This document shows, one piece after another, positions 21,454 through 31,300 of a stretch of DNA of 64,000 nt. The notes below the pieces were generated by a model that was given only the letters and a program-made list of their open reading frames with translations, did not search any database and was not told the origin of the DNA. The position numbers and the translations under genes were made by a program. Origin of the DNA: an uncultured Gemmatimonadota bacterium (GTDB lineage Bacteria; GCA-2686955); contig CAZBBK010000013.1 of the NCBI GenBank assembly GCA_964490075.1, positions 1 to 64,000 of the forward strand, in the 5' to 3' direction. Within the stretch, counting starts at the first letter, position 1, and each line of letters starts with the position of its first letter.

Positions 21454-22623
21454 TCAGAAGAGGTCGGCGTCGCCGATCGACAGGAACCAGCTGCGGGGGT
21501 CGCGGAGCAGATCGCGCAGAGTTTCGTCGGGCTGGCCCGGAGGCGGCTCGGGGTCGCCCGGAACGGGGTTCTCGAGGAAGGTCCGCCGCACGATCAGCTC
21601 GTAGCCTTCGGCCTCGTCGGGGAAGAAGCCGGCCTCCAGCAAGGGGCGGCGCAGGTGGCAGTGGGGGAACATCCAGCACTGGAGCGACGAGGTCTTGCCG
21701 GCGCCCGCCCACTCGATGCAGCGGGCGATCAGCTCGCTCGCGACGAAGGGCTCGGCGTCCTTCGGGGTGACCAGCTCGACGATCTGCGCGCACGCACGCT
21801 CGCCCCCTTCCTCGAGGAGCACGGCGTAGCCCAGCACCTGGTCGCCGCGCTCGATGCAAAGCAGATGGTGCGGGTGGTTCGGGATGTCGACGAAACGCCA
21901 GTTCAGGGTGGATGCGTCGCGCACCGTCATGACCGCGTAGTCGTCGCGGCAGCGGCGCCAGAGTGCGTCAAAGCGTGCGTCAAAACGCTCCAGGCGGGTC
22001 GCCCGAACCCCCTCGGGCAGAGGAGGACGGCGACCGGCGGGCCGCGCCCAGAGGCGGTTCGCGCAGGCCGCCGCCGGGCGCGCCAGCCAGGCGACCGGCA
22101 GCCGGCGCTCGAAGGTCCGGGTGAGGTCGATCCTGCGTCGCATCTGGGGGATCGCCGCGACCCCCTCCGCGTGCGCCAATCCCTTGAACAGCTTGGCGTT
22201 GTCAGCCGGCGCGCAGCCGTAGAGGAAGGCGATCCCGCGACCGGCGTTGATATGAGGCCGGGCCTGCGTGAGCTCGAAGATGCTCTTCATGGAGCGGTGC
22301 CGTGGATCGATGATCAGATCGTGATCGTGGGCGCCCAGCAGCTCCTTGCCGCCAACCATGACGCGCACCGGGAACGATCCGATCTGCCCGACCGCGCTGC
22401 CCTCCACCACGACCACCGAGCCCACCGCCGGCCCGGCCGGGCTCGCATGGAACTTCCAATCCCAAAAACTCCCATTCCCCCACGGACCTTCGCGGCCGCG
22501 AAAGAGCGCCATCAAGCTCGGCTTGTCCGCCTCGCGGTAACGCCGCACCAGGCGCCCTTGGTCGATCCGCTTCGACCACTCCGCCGCCGCCGGCAGCCCA
22601 GTCGTGTCGGGGCTTTCGCTCAG
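21454..22623 (-). CDS. GNAT-family acyltransferase (tandem GNAT folds); start uncertain
   Basis: VRRYREAD, WDWKF...PAG, LIIDPRHR, VRDASTLNWRF..IP, GDADLF; the ORF-track extension to 22986 overlaps tlpA and is unlikely. Confidence 0.75.
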   Translation of the reverse strand: MSESPDTTGLPAAAEWSKRIDQGRLVRRYREADKPSLMALFRGREGPWGNGSFWDWKFHASPAGPAVGSVVVVEGSAVGQIGSFPVRVMVGGKELLGAHDHDLIIDPRHRSMKSIFELTQARPHINAGRGIAFLYGCAPADNAKLFKGLAHAEGVAAIPQMRRRIDLTRTFERRLPVAWLARPAAACANRLWARPAGRRPPLPEGVRATRLERFDARFDALWRRCRDDYAVMTVRDASTLNWRFVDIPNHPHHLLCIERGDQVLGYAVLLEEGGERACAQIVELVTPKDAEPFVASELIARCIEWAGAGKTSSLQCWMFPHCHLRRPLLEAGFFPDEAEGYELIVRRTFLENPVPGDPEPPPGQPDETLRDLLRDPRSWFLSIGDADLF

Positions 22624-23177
22624 CGGCCCGCCCCTGCCTTGAGCGCTCCCCAGCTCGTCGACTGCACGCCGACGCCCAGAAGCTCCTCGATCTTCTGCTT
22701 CCAGATCGACTCGGTGAATCCCTCTTCGGTCCAGGTGATGATGCCGTCCTGGTCGATCAGGAAATTGCGCGGCAGCGCCGACACGCTGTAGTCGGAGAAC
22801 ACGGTCCCGAATTCGTCGTGCCCGAAGGGGAAGGTCATCTCCTCGCCCAGCAGGCCGTGCTTGTAGAGCGCGATGATCGCCAGGGCGTCGAACTGGTTGA
22901 CCGAGATCGCCGTGAAGTCGTCCGGTCCGTAGACCTGTTGGAAGTCGGTCTCGATGACCGGCAGCTCTTCCTTGCAGGGTCCGCACCAGGAGGCCCAGAA
23001 GTTCAGCAGCACCACCTTGCCGAGGTGCTCGGAGAGCGTGACGCGCCCGCCGTCGGCCTCCGGGATGTCGAAGTCGGGCGCGGTGTCGCCGATGCCGATC
23101 GCGGGAGCCGCGGCGGCGCCCAGCGTGGCGGCAAAGAGGATTGTCACATAACGAATTGCGGGGGTTTTGGGGCGCAT
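22620..23177 (-). CDS. TlpA-family thiol:disulfide oxidoreductase with SWGALKA tail
   Basis: APDF, LLNFWASWCGPC, LPRNFLIDQDG; C-terminus VQSTSWGALKA. Confidence 0.9.
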   Translation of the reverse strand: MRPKTPAIRYVTILFAATLGAAAAPAIGIGDTAPDFDIPEADGGRVTLSEHLGKVVLLNFWASWCGPCKEELPVIETDFQQVYGPDDFTAISVNQFDALAIIALYKHGLLGEEMTFPFGHDEFGTVFSDYSVSALPRNFLIDQDGIITWTEEGFTESIWKQKIEELLGVGVQSTSWGALKAGAGR

Positions 23178-23297
23178 TCTCGGCTCCGGGCTCCGGGTCT
23201 GGCGGGACGGTCGAATTGACCCGCTTATGATGCGAAGACTACGCTTACTATCTTATGTAGTCGTCCCGCGCCCGTGGCTTTTTTTCAGGATTCGCCC

Positions 23298-25022
23298 ATG
23301 CAACGTGTTCCATTGCTCCTCCTTGTCGGCTCGATCGTGGCTCTCGCGGCTCCCGCCCAGGCCGCCGAACGCAGCGTCATGGCCGAGCTCATGACCGCCA
23401 CCTGGTGCACCTACTGCCCCTGGGCCGAGTCGGCGCTCCACCAGCTCGAGGACGAGTACGATCGCGACCGCTTCGTGGTGATCGGCTACCACGTCACCGA
23501 CGAGTACTCCAACGTCGAGGGCGACGCCCGGATCGGCTACTACCAGATCACCGGCACCCCCACCACGGCGTTCGACGGCACGAGTCTGATCGTGGGGGGC
23601 TGGGACGGCGTCTACACCTCCTACAAGAACCGGATCGACTCCGATATGACGCAGGAGGCGCAGCTCGAGATGTCGATCACCGGCACCGCGACCGGCAGCC
23701 AGGTCGACTACGCGGTCCACGTCAGCGTCGGCGCCCCGCCGATCTTCACCGAGCCCAAGCTCTACGTGGCGCTCGGCGAGCGCGGGCTGATCGACGACAA
23801 CGAGGAGATGCGGCCGGTGGTGCGGCGCATCGTCTCGCACGAGCTCGGTGGACTGGTTGCGGCCGGAGACGAGGTGGTCGCCACCGGATCGTTCCCGATC
23901 GAAGAGGAATGGGACGGGTCGGCGATGGAGATCGTGGCCTTCGTGCAGGATCTCGGCGATCGCAAGGTCGATCAGTCGACCCGCATGTTCTTCACCGCCT
24001 TCGACTCTCCGACCGACCTGGTCACCGCGACCGAGGATTCGATGCGGGTGATCTCGACGCATCTCAGCAATCCCAACTCCTACCCGATCGACATGCGCAT
24101 GCAGATGGGCGACCTGTCGGAAGACGACTGGATGGCGACCTTCTGCATCCTCGAATGGGGGATCTGTCTTCCCGACTCGCTCGATCTCACGCTGCCCGCC
24201 GACTCCACGGTCACTGTCAAGCTGCAGTGGATCGACATGGGGGCGACCGAGAAGACTCTCACTTCGAACTTCATGATGCGTTACGGCGAGAACTACGACA
24301 TCGTCAAGAGCGTGCCCTACACCGCGCGCTCCGGCCAGGTGACGCTGGAGGTCGCCGAGCTCTTGATCGACGACGACAACGAAGGGGGCAGCTCCGGCAA
24401 CGGCGACGGCGTGCCGCAGCCGGGCGAGGCGATCGAGTTCATTACCCGCGCCCACAACACCGGCGGATTGCTCGCCTATGGCGTCAACTCGGAGCTCACC
24501 ACCTCCGACGCCGGGGTGTTCGTTTTCGAGCCGGAGGAGAGCTACGGAGACATCGACGCCGGCGCCACCGCCGACGGCTCCGGCGGCCGCTTCGTGCTCG
24601 ACGAAGACGTGGTCCCCGAAACTGTGCTGACCTTCGTCCAGACCTTCACCGACGCCGAGCAGAACGTCTTGAGCGACACCATTTACGTGGAGGTCGGCGC
24701 GGTCGGCGTGGCCGGCGACGGTCCCGGGCTGCCCGGACCGAGCAGAACGGCGCTGCACCAGAATCAGCCCAATCCCTTCAATCCGCGCACCAATATCGGC
24801 TTCGACCTGCAGCAAAGCAGCGATCGGGTCGATCTGAGCGTGTACGACCTGAGCGGACGGGAAGTGCGGCGGTTGATCGACGGGCCGCGGCCGGCCGGTC
24901 GCCATTCGGTGGTCTGGGACGGCACCGACTCCCAGCACCGACCACTCCCCAGCGGTGTCTACCTCTATCGCTTGACGACCGGCGACCAGAGCCTGACCCG
25001 CCGGATGCTGCTCATCAAGTAG
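23298..25022 (+). CDS. Omp28-like thioredoxin-fold secreted protein with FlgD-Ig/T9SS-like C-terminal domain
   Basis: Signal peptide, ELMTATWCTYCP, IGYH, GTPTTAFDG, IVAFVQD; QNQPNPFNPRT...SGVYLYRL...RRMLLIK. Confidence 0.88.
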   Translation: MQRVPLLLLVGSIVALAAPAQAAERSVMAELMTATWCTYCPWAESALHQLEDEYDRDRFVVIGYHVTDEYSNVEGDARIGYYQITGTPTTAFDGTSLIVGGWDGVYTSYKNRIDSDMTQEAQLEMSITGTATGSQVDYAVHVSVGAPPIFTEPKLYVALGERGLIDDNEEMRPVVRRIVSHELGGLVAAGDEVVATGSFPIEEEWDGSAMEIVAFVQDLGDRKVDQSTRMFFTAFDSPTDLVTATEDSMRVISTHLSNPNSYPIDMRMQMGDLSEDDWMATFCILEWGICLPDSLDLTLPADSTVTVKLQWIDMGATEKTLTSNFMMRYGENYDIVKSVPYTARSGQVTLEVAELLIDDDNEGGSSGNGDGVPQPGEAIEFITRAHNTGGLLAYGVNSELTTSDAGVFVFEPEESYGDIDAGATADGSGGRFVLDEDVVPETVLTFVQTFTDAEQNVLSDTIYVEVGAVGVAGDGPGLPGPSRTALHQNQPNPFNPRTNIGFDLQQSSDRVDLSVYDLSGREVRRLIDGPRPAGRHSVVWDGTDSQHRPLPSGVYLYRLTTGDQSLTRRMLLIK

Positions 25023-25086
25023 CGCGCAACTTCCGATGCCCCTTGCTCCAGGGCCGGAGCGGGGGCATCTCGCCAAGGAGCCGCCG

Positions 25087-25590
25087 ATGCGATTGATCTC
25101 CGCCCTCGCCCTCAGCCTGACGCTCGCGAGCTTCTGCGCGCCGCCCAGCCACGCCGCCGACAAGATCCCCAACTTCAACCTCGAGAAGATGGATGGGGGG
25201 CGCAGCAAGCTCGCCGACTTCCTCGGCGAAGGCCCGGTGCTGCTGAACTTCTGGGCCACCTGGTGCAAGCCCTGCAAGCAGGAGGCTCCGCACCTGATCG
25301 AGCTCTACGAGGAGTACCGCGAGCGCGGCCTGCAGGTGGTGGCGATCGCCGTCGACGACGTGAGCTCGCAGGCCAAGGTGAAGCCGGCCGCGCGCAAGAT
25401 GGGGCTCACCTATCCCGTGCTGCTCGATCCGAAGGGGCGCTACGCCCAGCGCCTGCAGGCGGCGGCGCTGCCGACCAACGTGCTGCTCGACCGAGACGGC
25501 AACGCGGTGCGCACCTTCACCGGCTACCGCAAAGGCGACGAGCGGGAGATCGCGGCCGAGATCACGAAGCTGCTCACCGCCCAACAGTAG
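25087..25590 (+). CDS. TlpA-family thiol:disulfide oxidoreductase
   Basis: LLNFWATWCKPC; AAGGAG RBS; signal peptide. Confidence 0.92.
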   Translation: MRLISALALSLTLASFCAPPSHAADKIPNFNLEKMDGGRSKLADFLGEGPVLLNFWATWCKPCKQEAPHLIELYEEYRERGLQVVAIAVDDVSSQAKVKPAARKMGLTYPVLLDPKGRYAQRLQAAALPTNVLLDRDGNAVRTFTGYRKGDEREIAAEITKLLTAQQ

Positions 25591-25601
25591 ACGAAGCGCA
25601 C

Positions 25602-27263
25602 ATGAAGATGATCAGGGGTTCCCGCGGCGCGATCGCCACCCTTCTCTGCGCGGGCTTTTCCTGCGCCCGGGCATTCCAGATCTCCGGGATATCGATCAGC
25701 GGTGAGGAGGCGCTGCTGGTGCAGCGCGGCGACGAGACCGTGTTCGACGGCGGCGCGCCCGCCGACCAGAGCAAAGAGGTCCTGGAGAACCGACTCACCG
25801 TGGAGCTGCGCTGGCTGGATTGGACGCTCGGGGGGCGCTTCGATCATCTCGATCCCTCCTTCTTCGGTGCCGGCTACACCGGTCTGCGCAAGCGCTATCT
25901 CGAGTTCGAAGACGGCACCAACCACCTGCGCATCGGCTCTTTCGACACCCTGCTCGGTCAAGGGCTGGCCCTGAACCTGTACGAAGATCCGCTGATCAAC
26001 GTCGACCGGCAGCTCGATGGCTTCCTTCTGGAACGGCGGACGGCGAGCTACAGCGTGCACCTCCTGGGTGGGCTCGGCAGCTTTCTGGCATTCGAGTTCC
26101 CGGAGGAGCACCGGGAGGACCGCGTGGCGGCCGGCTACGGAACCTACCGCTGGCTGGATCGGATCGAGCTCGGCCAGGGCTACGTGGAAACTCGCGACGG
26201 AGTGCCGGGCGACAGCCGCCACATCAACCGCAAGCATCTCGCGACGCTGCGTCTCGATCTCGAACAGGGATCGTTCTACGGCGAGCTGGCGCACAACTGG
26301 GTCAGAGTCCCCGGAGAAGATCCGGCCGAGGAGGCGCCGGGGCGCGGTGGTTACGCCAAGCTCTCCGGCTGGTTCGGCGATTTTTCGCTGACCGGGGAGT
26401 ACAAGAACTACGCCCTCGACGAGCAGGCCTCGTCCAGCGCCTATTCGGGGGTCGGAATCCCCTGGTCGGAACCGCCCTCGCTGCGCCCCTTGGCCAGCCT
26501 GACTACATTGAACCGCAAGCAGTTCCTGGTGGACAAGAACAACGAGGTCGGCTTCGCCGTCGAGGGCGACTACAGTGCCCCCTTCGGTGGGACTTTTTCG
26601 CTCTTCTACCTGAACACGGCCGAGCGCTCCTACTTCGACCCCACTCCGGGGGGCGAGGAGGTGGTGGCGGCGTGGCCGAAGTGGGTCCGATTCGACGGGA
26701 TCTCCGGAAGCCTCACCAGCAACTTCGAGGAGCTGACCTTCGGCGCCGACCTGCCGATCCGGGAGGGCCTCGGCACCTACTGGGTGGCCGATCTGTCGAT
26801 CGACGGCCATATCGGCGCCCCCAAGAAGCAGCGCACCCTGGGCGTCACCACCGAGGCCGAGATCGGCGACGTCCACGGCCTGACCGTCTCGCTCGAGTAC
26901 CAGCACACCGAGGATCGGCGCTTCGAAGAGATCTACGCCGCGGACTTTCCCGAGCTCAGGCCGCCCCGATTCCACGACGGCGTCGCCACCATCACCTACT
27001 CGCGCTCCCCCTGGTTCTCGGTCTTCGTCAACCACGAACGAACCAACGAGGCGAAGCACTGGGAGGCGGTGGGTTATAAAGGAGCAGAGGAGCCCCTGGA
27101 GGATTCCTACTGGATCGCCGGCCTGGATCTCGACATCACCCACAGCACGCGCCTCGGCCTGCAGGCCGGAAGCGAACGCGGCGGCGTGGTTTGCCGGGGC
27201 GGCACCTGCAAGTTCATTCAGCCTTTCAGAGGCTGGAGGATGGACCTGGTCCACCGCTTTTAG
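25602..27263 (+). CDS. Outer-membrane beta-barrel protein, DUF6029-like
   Basis: GSFDTLLGQGLAL, EYKNY, C-terminal GSERGGVVCRGGTCKFIQPFRG...RF. Confidence 0.78.
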   Translation: MKMIRGSRGAIATLLCAGFSCARAFQISGISISGEEALLVQRGDETVFDGGAPADQSKEVLENRLTVELRWLDWTLGGRFDHLDPSFFGAGYTGLRKRYLEFEDGTNHLRIGSFDTLLGQGLALNLYEDPLINVDRQLDGFLLERRTASYSVHLLGGLGSFLAFEFPEEHREDRVAAGYGTYRWLDRIELGQGYVETRDGVPGDSRHINRKHLATLRLDLEQGSFYGELAHNWVRVPGEDPAEEAPGRGGYAKLSGWFGDFSLTGEYKNYALDEQASSSAYSGVGIPWSEPPSLRPLASLTTLNRKQFLVDKNNEVGFAVEGDYSAPFGGTFSLFYLNTAERSYFDPTPGGEEVVAAWPKWVRFDGISGSLTSNFEELTFGADLPIREGLGTYWVADLSIDGHIGAPKKQRTLGVTTEAEIGDVHGLTVSLEYQHTEDRRFEEIYAADFPELRPPRFHDGVATITYSRSPWFSVFVNHERTNEAKHWEAVGYKGAEEPLEDSYWIAGLDLDITHSTRLGLQAGSERGGVVCRGGTCKFIQPFRGWRMDLVHRF

Positions 27264-27283
27264 AAGATCTTGGAGACCCACGA

Positions 27284-28321
27284 ATGATCAAGCATGTCTA
27301 CCTGGCTCTGGCCGCGACGGCGAGCATCGCACTGAGCGCCCAGGCCGCCAACGACATTATTCCCCGCTGCGTGGCGATGGAGCTGTTCACGGCTTCCTGG
27401 TGCGGCTACTGCCCCAACGCCGACGCCGGAGCCGAGCAGCTTCGCGAGGAGGAGGGCCGTGCCGGCACGGTCTTCATCGAGTACCACGTCAGCGACGGAT
27501 TGTCGTCGCCGGACGGCAACGCTCGCCAGAGCTACTACGGCGTCACCGGCACCCCGACCATGATCTTCGATGGCATCACCAAGGTGATCGGAGCCGGCGG
27601 TCCGATGTACAACACCTACCGGCAGCGCTTCGACGGCCGTCGCAACTACGATCCGATGGTCGACATCCGCATGACCGGCGACATGACCGGCAACAACACC
27701 TGGAACGTACAGGGTTCCGTCGAGGTCACCCAGCGCATCTGGCAGCAAGGCACGCCCGAGCTGCGCGTTGCCCTGACCGAGAACGACCTGTGGACCGGCG
27801 GCCGGCACTACAACGGTGTGCTGCGCGATCATGTCGCCAACATCGATTTGAACGGCAAGAGCGTCGGTGACGTCACCTACTTCAGCGAGTCGATTCCGAT
27901 CGACGGCTCGTGGAAGAAGGACGATTTGAACATCGTGGTCTACGTGCAGGAGCCGCAGTACCAGGAGATCATCGGCGCCAAGCGGCTCTCCGAAGTGTCG
28001 ATGGACGTGGTCGGCGACAGCTTTACGGTGGCGCGCGGCGACCACCTGATCGTTCCGATCGATCTCGAGAACATCAGCCGCTCGACGCAGAATCTGACCA
28101 TCTGGATGATCGCCTACCGGATGAACGGATCCCAGGTCGGTCCCAATCCGATCTACCTCGACACTTATTCGATCACGTCGGGAGACGCCGACACCTACAC
28201 CCTCGACTACCGAATCCCCGGCGCCGCACCGCTCGGCGACTACCAGGTCGCGGCCTGGATCGGCACCGGCTTGGACGACACCCTGGAGTGGGACAAGTAC
28301 CAGGTGACGATTCAGCCATAG
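27284..28321 (+). CDS. Omp28-like thioredoxin-fold secreted protein
   Basis: ELFTASWCGYCP, IEYH, YYGVTGTPTMIFDG, IVVYVQ. Confidence 0.88.
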   Translation: MIKHVYLALAATASIALSAQAANDIIPRCVAMELFTASWCGYCPNADAGAEQLREEEGRAGTVFIEYHVSDGLSSPDGNARQSYYGVTGTPTMIFDGITKVIGAGGPMYNTYRQRFDGRRNYDPMVDIRMTGDMTGNNTWNVQGSVEVTQRIWQQGTPELRVALTENDLWTGGRHYNGVLRDHVANIDLNGKSVGDVTYFSESIPIDGSWKKDDLNIVVYVQEPQYQEIIGAKRLSEVSMDVVGDSFTVARGDHLIVPIDLENISRSTQNLTIWMIAYRMNGSQVGPNPIYLDTYSITSGDADTYTLDYRIPGAAPLGDYQVAAWIGTGLDDTLEWDKYQVTIQP

Positions 28322-28341
28322 CGCCTCTTTCCCTCGCGCCG

Positions 28342-28384
28342 GCGCCTCCCGTACCCTCGTCGGTGCGGGGGGCGCTCTGTTTTG
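28342..28384 (+). terminator. Probable rho-independent terminator
   Basis: GCGCCTCCCGTACC/GGTGCGGGGGGCGC stem followed by TCTGTTTTG. Confidence 0.55.
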
Positions 28385-28398
28385 CTCCGTAGCCTTCC

Positions 28399-31300
28399 GT
28401 GCGCAAGAGCAGGCCCGAATTGCCAGACCAGACACCGACGACCGACAAGAGCGCCGGCGAGAACCCGGCGCCCCCAGGCGTCGACGAGTCGGCCCGGGAG
28501 CCGATTCGCGCCGCGCTGCGCGCGGAGCAGGGAACCCGGGCGTTGGAGCTGCTCGAGGCGATCGATCCGGCGACGCGGGCCGCCGATGGCGAGCTGCTGG
28601 TGCTGGAGGCGCGGGCGCGGGTCGAGTTGGGGAGCGCGGACGAGGCGGTGGCGCTTTATCGCAAGGCGGCGGGGCTGCGGCCGGACGACGCCGGCCTCGC
28701 GCTGGAGCTGGCCCGTCTGCACCTGGTGCTGGAAAAGCGCAAGGCGGCCCTGGGCTGGGCGAGGCGCGCGCGCGACCTCGCCCCCGAAGCGGTCTCGGTG
28801 TCGCTCGCGACCCTGGAGATCTTCGAGCTGCTCGGCGCCCGTTCCGAGGCGCGGGCCGAGGCCGCGCGGGCTCTCGGCAACCACAAGGGCGACGCCAACC
28901 TGCAGGCGCGCCTCGGCATGCTGGCCCAGGTTCACGGCGACCTCGATCTGGCCACCAACGCCCTGGCGCTGGCGGCCGTCGACCGCAACCCCGCGGCCGA
29001 CGCCTTTCTGCCGCTCGGCCTGATCTTCTGGGATCACCTGCGCCGCGCCGAGTTCGCGCGCTCGGTCCATCTGACCAAGCTCTTGCGGCACGGCTCCGAT
29101 CCGCAGAATCTGCGCGAGCTGGGATGGATCGAGCTGCTGGCGGGTGACCGGGCGACCGGGTCGGCGCTGCTGCTGGGCGGACTCGACGCCTTCGAGCAGC
29201 AGCCCGCGGCGCTGATCGTGGAGCAATGGGCGGCGGAAGCCGACAGCCGGCCGATCGACGAGCTGCTCGCCTCGATAGAGCCTCCGCCTCCCGGCATCAT
29301 CCACCGCGGAGCGGCGCTCTTCTTCGCCAACCGCGGCAACCCCGGCCTGGCGGAGCGCTGGCTGCGCGAGGCCGCCACGGTCTTCCCCGACCAGCCGCCG
29401 ATTCGCTACGAGCTGGCGCAGCTCCTCTTCGAGCAGCTCGGCGCGGAGGACGAGGCGATCGAGCAGCTCGACGCGATCGACGCCGAGGGCGACGCCGATC
29501 TGGCCTCCGCGGTCGAGGCGCTGCGCAAGCGCGTGCTCTCCGGCGACAGCGAGGCCGTGGCCGACACCCTGGCGAGCCCGGCGAGTGAGGGGGAGCTGGG
29601 AGTGCTCGGGGTTCACGCCCATGCCCTGGCGGGAGATCCCGCGCGCGGGCTGCACTGGCGTGGCCCCGACGACCTGGTGCTGCGGGTGATGCGGATCCTG
29701 TCGCGTCCGACCCACCGCTCGGTGCTGCTGGCCGGCGAGCCGGGGGTCGGCAAGACCGCCCTTATCATCGAGGTGGCGCGGCGGCTGGCCGACGGCGAGT
29801 GCCCCGAGTCGCTGCGCGGCAACCGGGTCCTGGAGCTTTCGCCGACCGCGTTGCAGACCGACATCAAGTACCTGGGCGAGTGGCAGACCAAGATCACCCG
29901 CCTGGTCGAGGAGGTGCGCCGGGCGCCCGGCACCATCCTCTACATCCCCCGCTTCCATCACCTTCTCGGGGCGGGAGCGACGCGCGCCCACGAGGAGGAC
30001 ATGGCCGGGGCGCTGGCGCCGCTCCTGGCCACCGACCAGCTCACGGTGGTCGCCGGCGGCAACCCCGAGCCGCTCCGGCGTATGCTGCGCAGCCGTCCGG
30101 AGCTCGATCGGGCGTTGACCATGGTCGACGTGCCGGAGCCGACGCGCGGACAGGTGCGGGCGATTCTGCTGGCGGCACGGGGGTGGATCCGCGGCAACGA
30201 AGGGCCGCGCATCGAGTCGGCGGCGGTCGATCGCGCCATCGATCTGTGCGCGACCTTCCTGCGCCACGAACGTTTTCCGGCCAAGGGGATCGACCTGCTG
30301 CGGGCCGCCTACGAGTCGGTGCGTGAGCGGCAGGGCAGCCTGTTGACTCCCGAGGACGTGGCGCGCGAGCTGAGCGCCAAGACCGGCCTGCCGAACTTCC
30401 TGGTGCTCGATTCCGAGATCCTCGACCTGGACCAGACCCGGGCCTTCTTCCGGGAGCGGATTCTGGGACAAGACGAGGCGCTCAGGACCATGCAGGACAC
30501 TGTGGCCCGGATCAAGGCGGGGCTGCAGGATCCGCAGCGGCCGCTGGCTACCTACCTCTTCACCGGACCGACCGGCGTCGGCAAGACCGAGACCGCCAAG
30601 GTCCTCGCGGCCTACCTCTTCGGTGACGAGAAGCGGATTCTGCGCTTCGACATGAGCGAATACTCCGATCCTCTGGCCGTCGATCGCCTGATCGAGTCGC
30701 GCGAGGGGGCGAGCGGCGCGCGCGGGCACCTCACCGGAGCGGTCCGCGAGCACCCGCTCTCGGTCATTTTGCTCGACGAGATCGAGAAGGCTCATCCGCG
30801 GGTCTTCGACCTGCTGCTCCAGGTGCTCGGCGAGGGCCGGCTGACCGACGCCCGCGGCGAGACGGTCGGCTTCCACGAGAGCGTGATCATCATGACCTCG
30901 AACCTGGGCTCCGACCGGGGCGCCGACGGCGGTCTGGGGTTCACGCGCGACCGGGCCGCCGCCGAGGCCGCGGCGATTCGCGAAGAGGTGCAGCGCTTCT
31001 TCCGGCCCGAGTTCATGAACCGGATCGACGACGTGGTGGCCTTCCGCCGCCTCTCGCAGGACGACCTGCGCACGGTCGCGCTGCGCGAGATCGGTCGCTG
31101 CGTGGCGCGCGAGGGGGTGGTGCGCCGGGCGCTGGTGGTCGAGACCGACCCCAGCGTGGCCGACCTGGTGCTCGATCGAGGCCAGAGCGGCCGCTACGGG
31201 GCGCGCGAGCTCAAGCGGGCCGTCGAGCAGCTGGTGGCGGTCCCGCTGGCGCGGCTGCTCTCCGGAAGGGCGATTCCGCCGGACAACACGGTGCGCCTGG

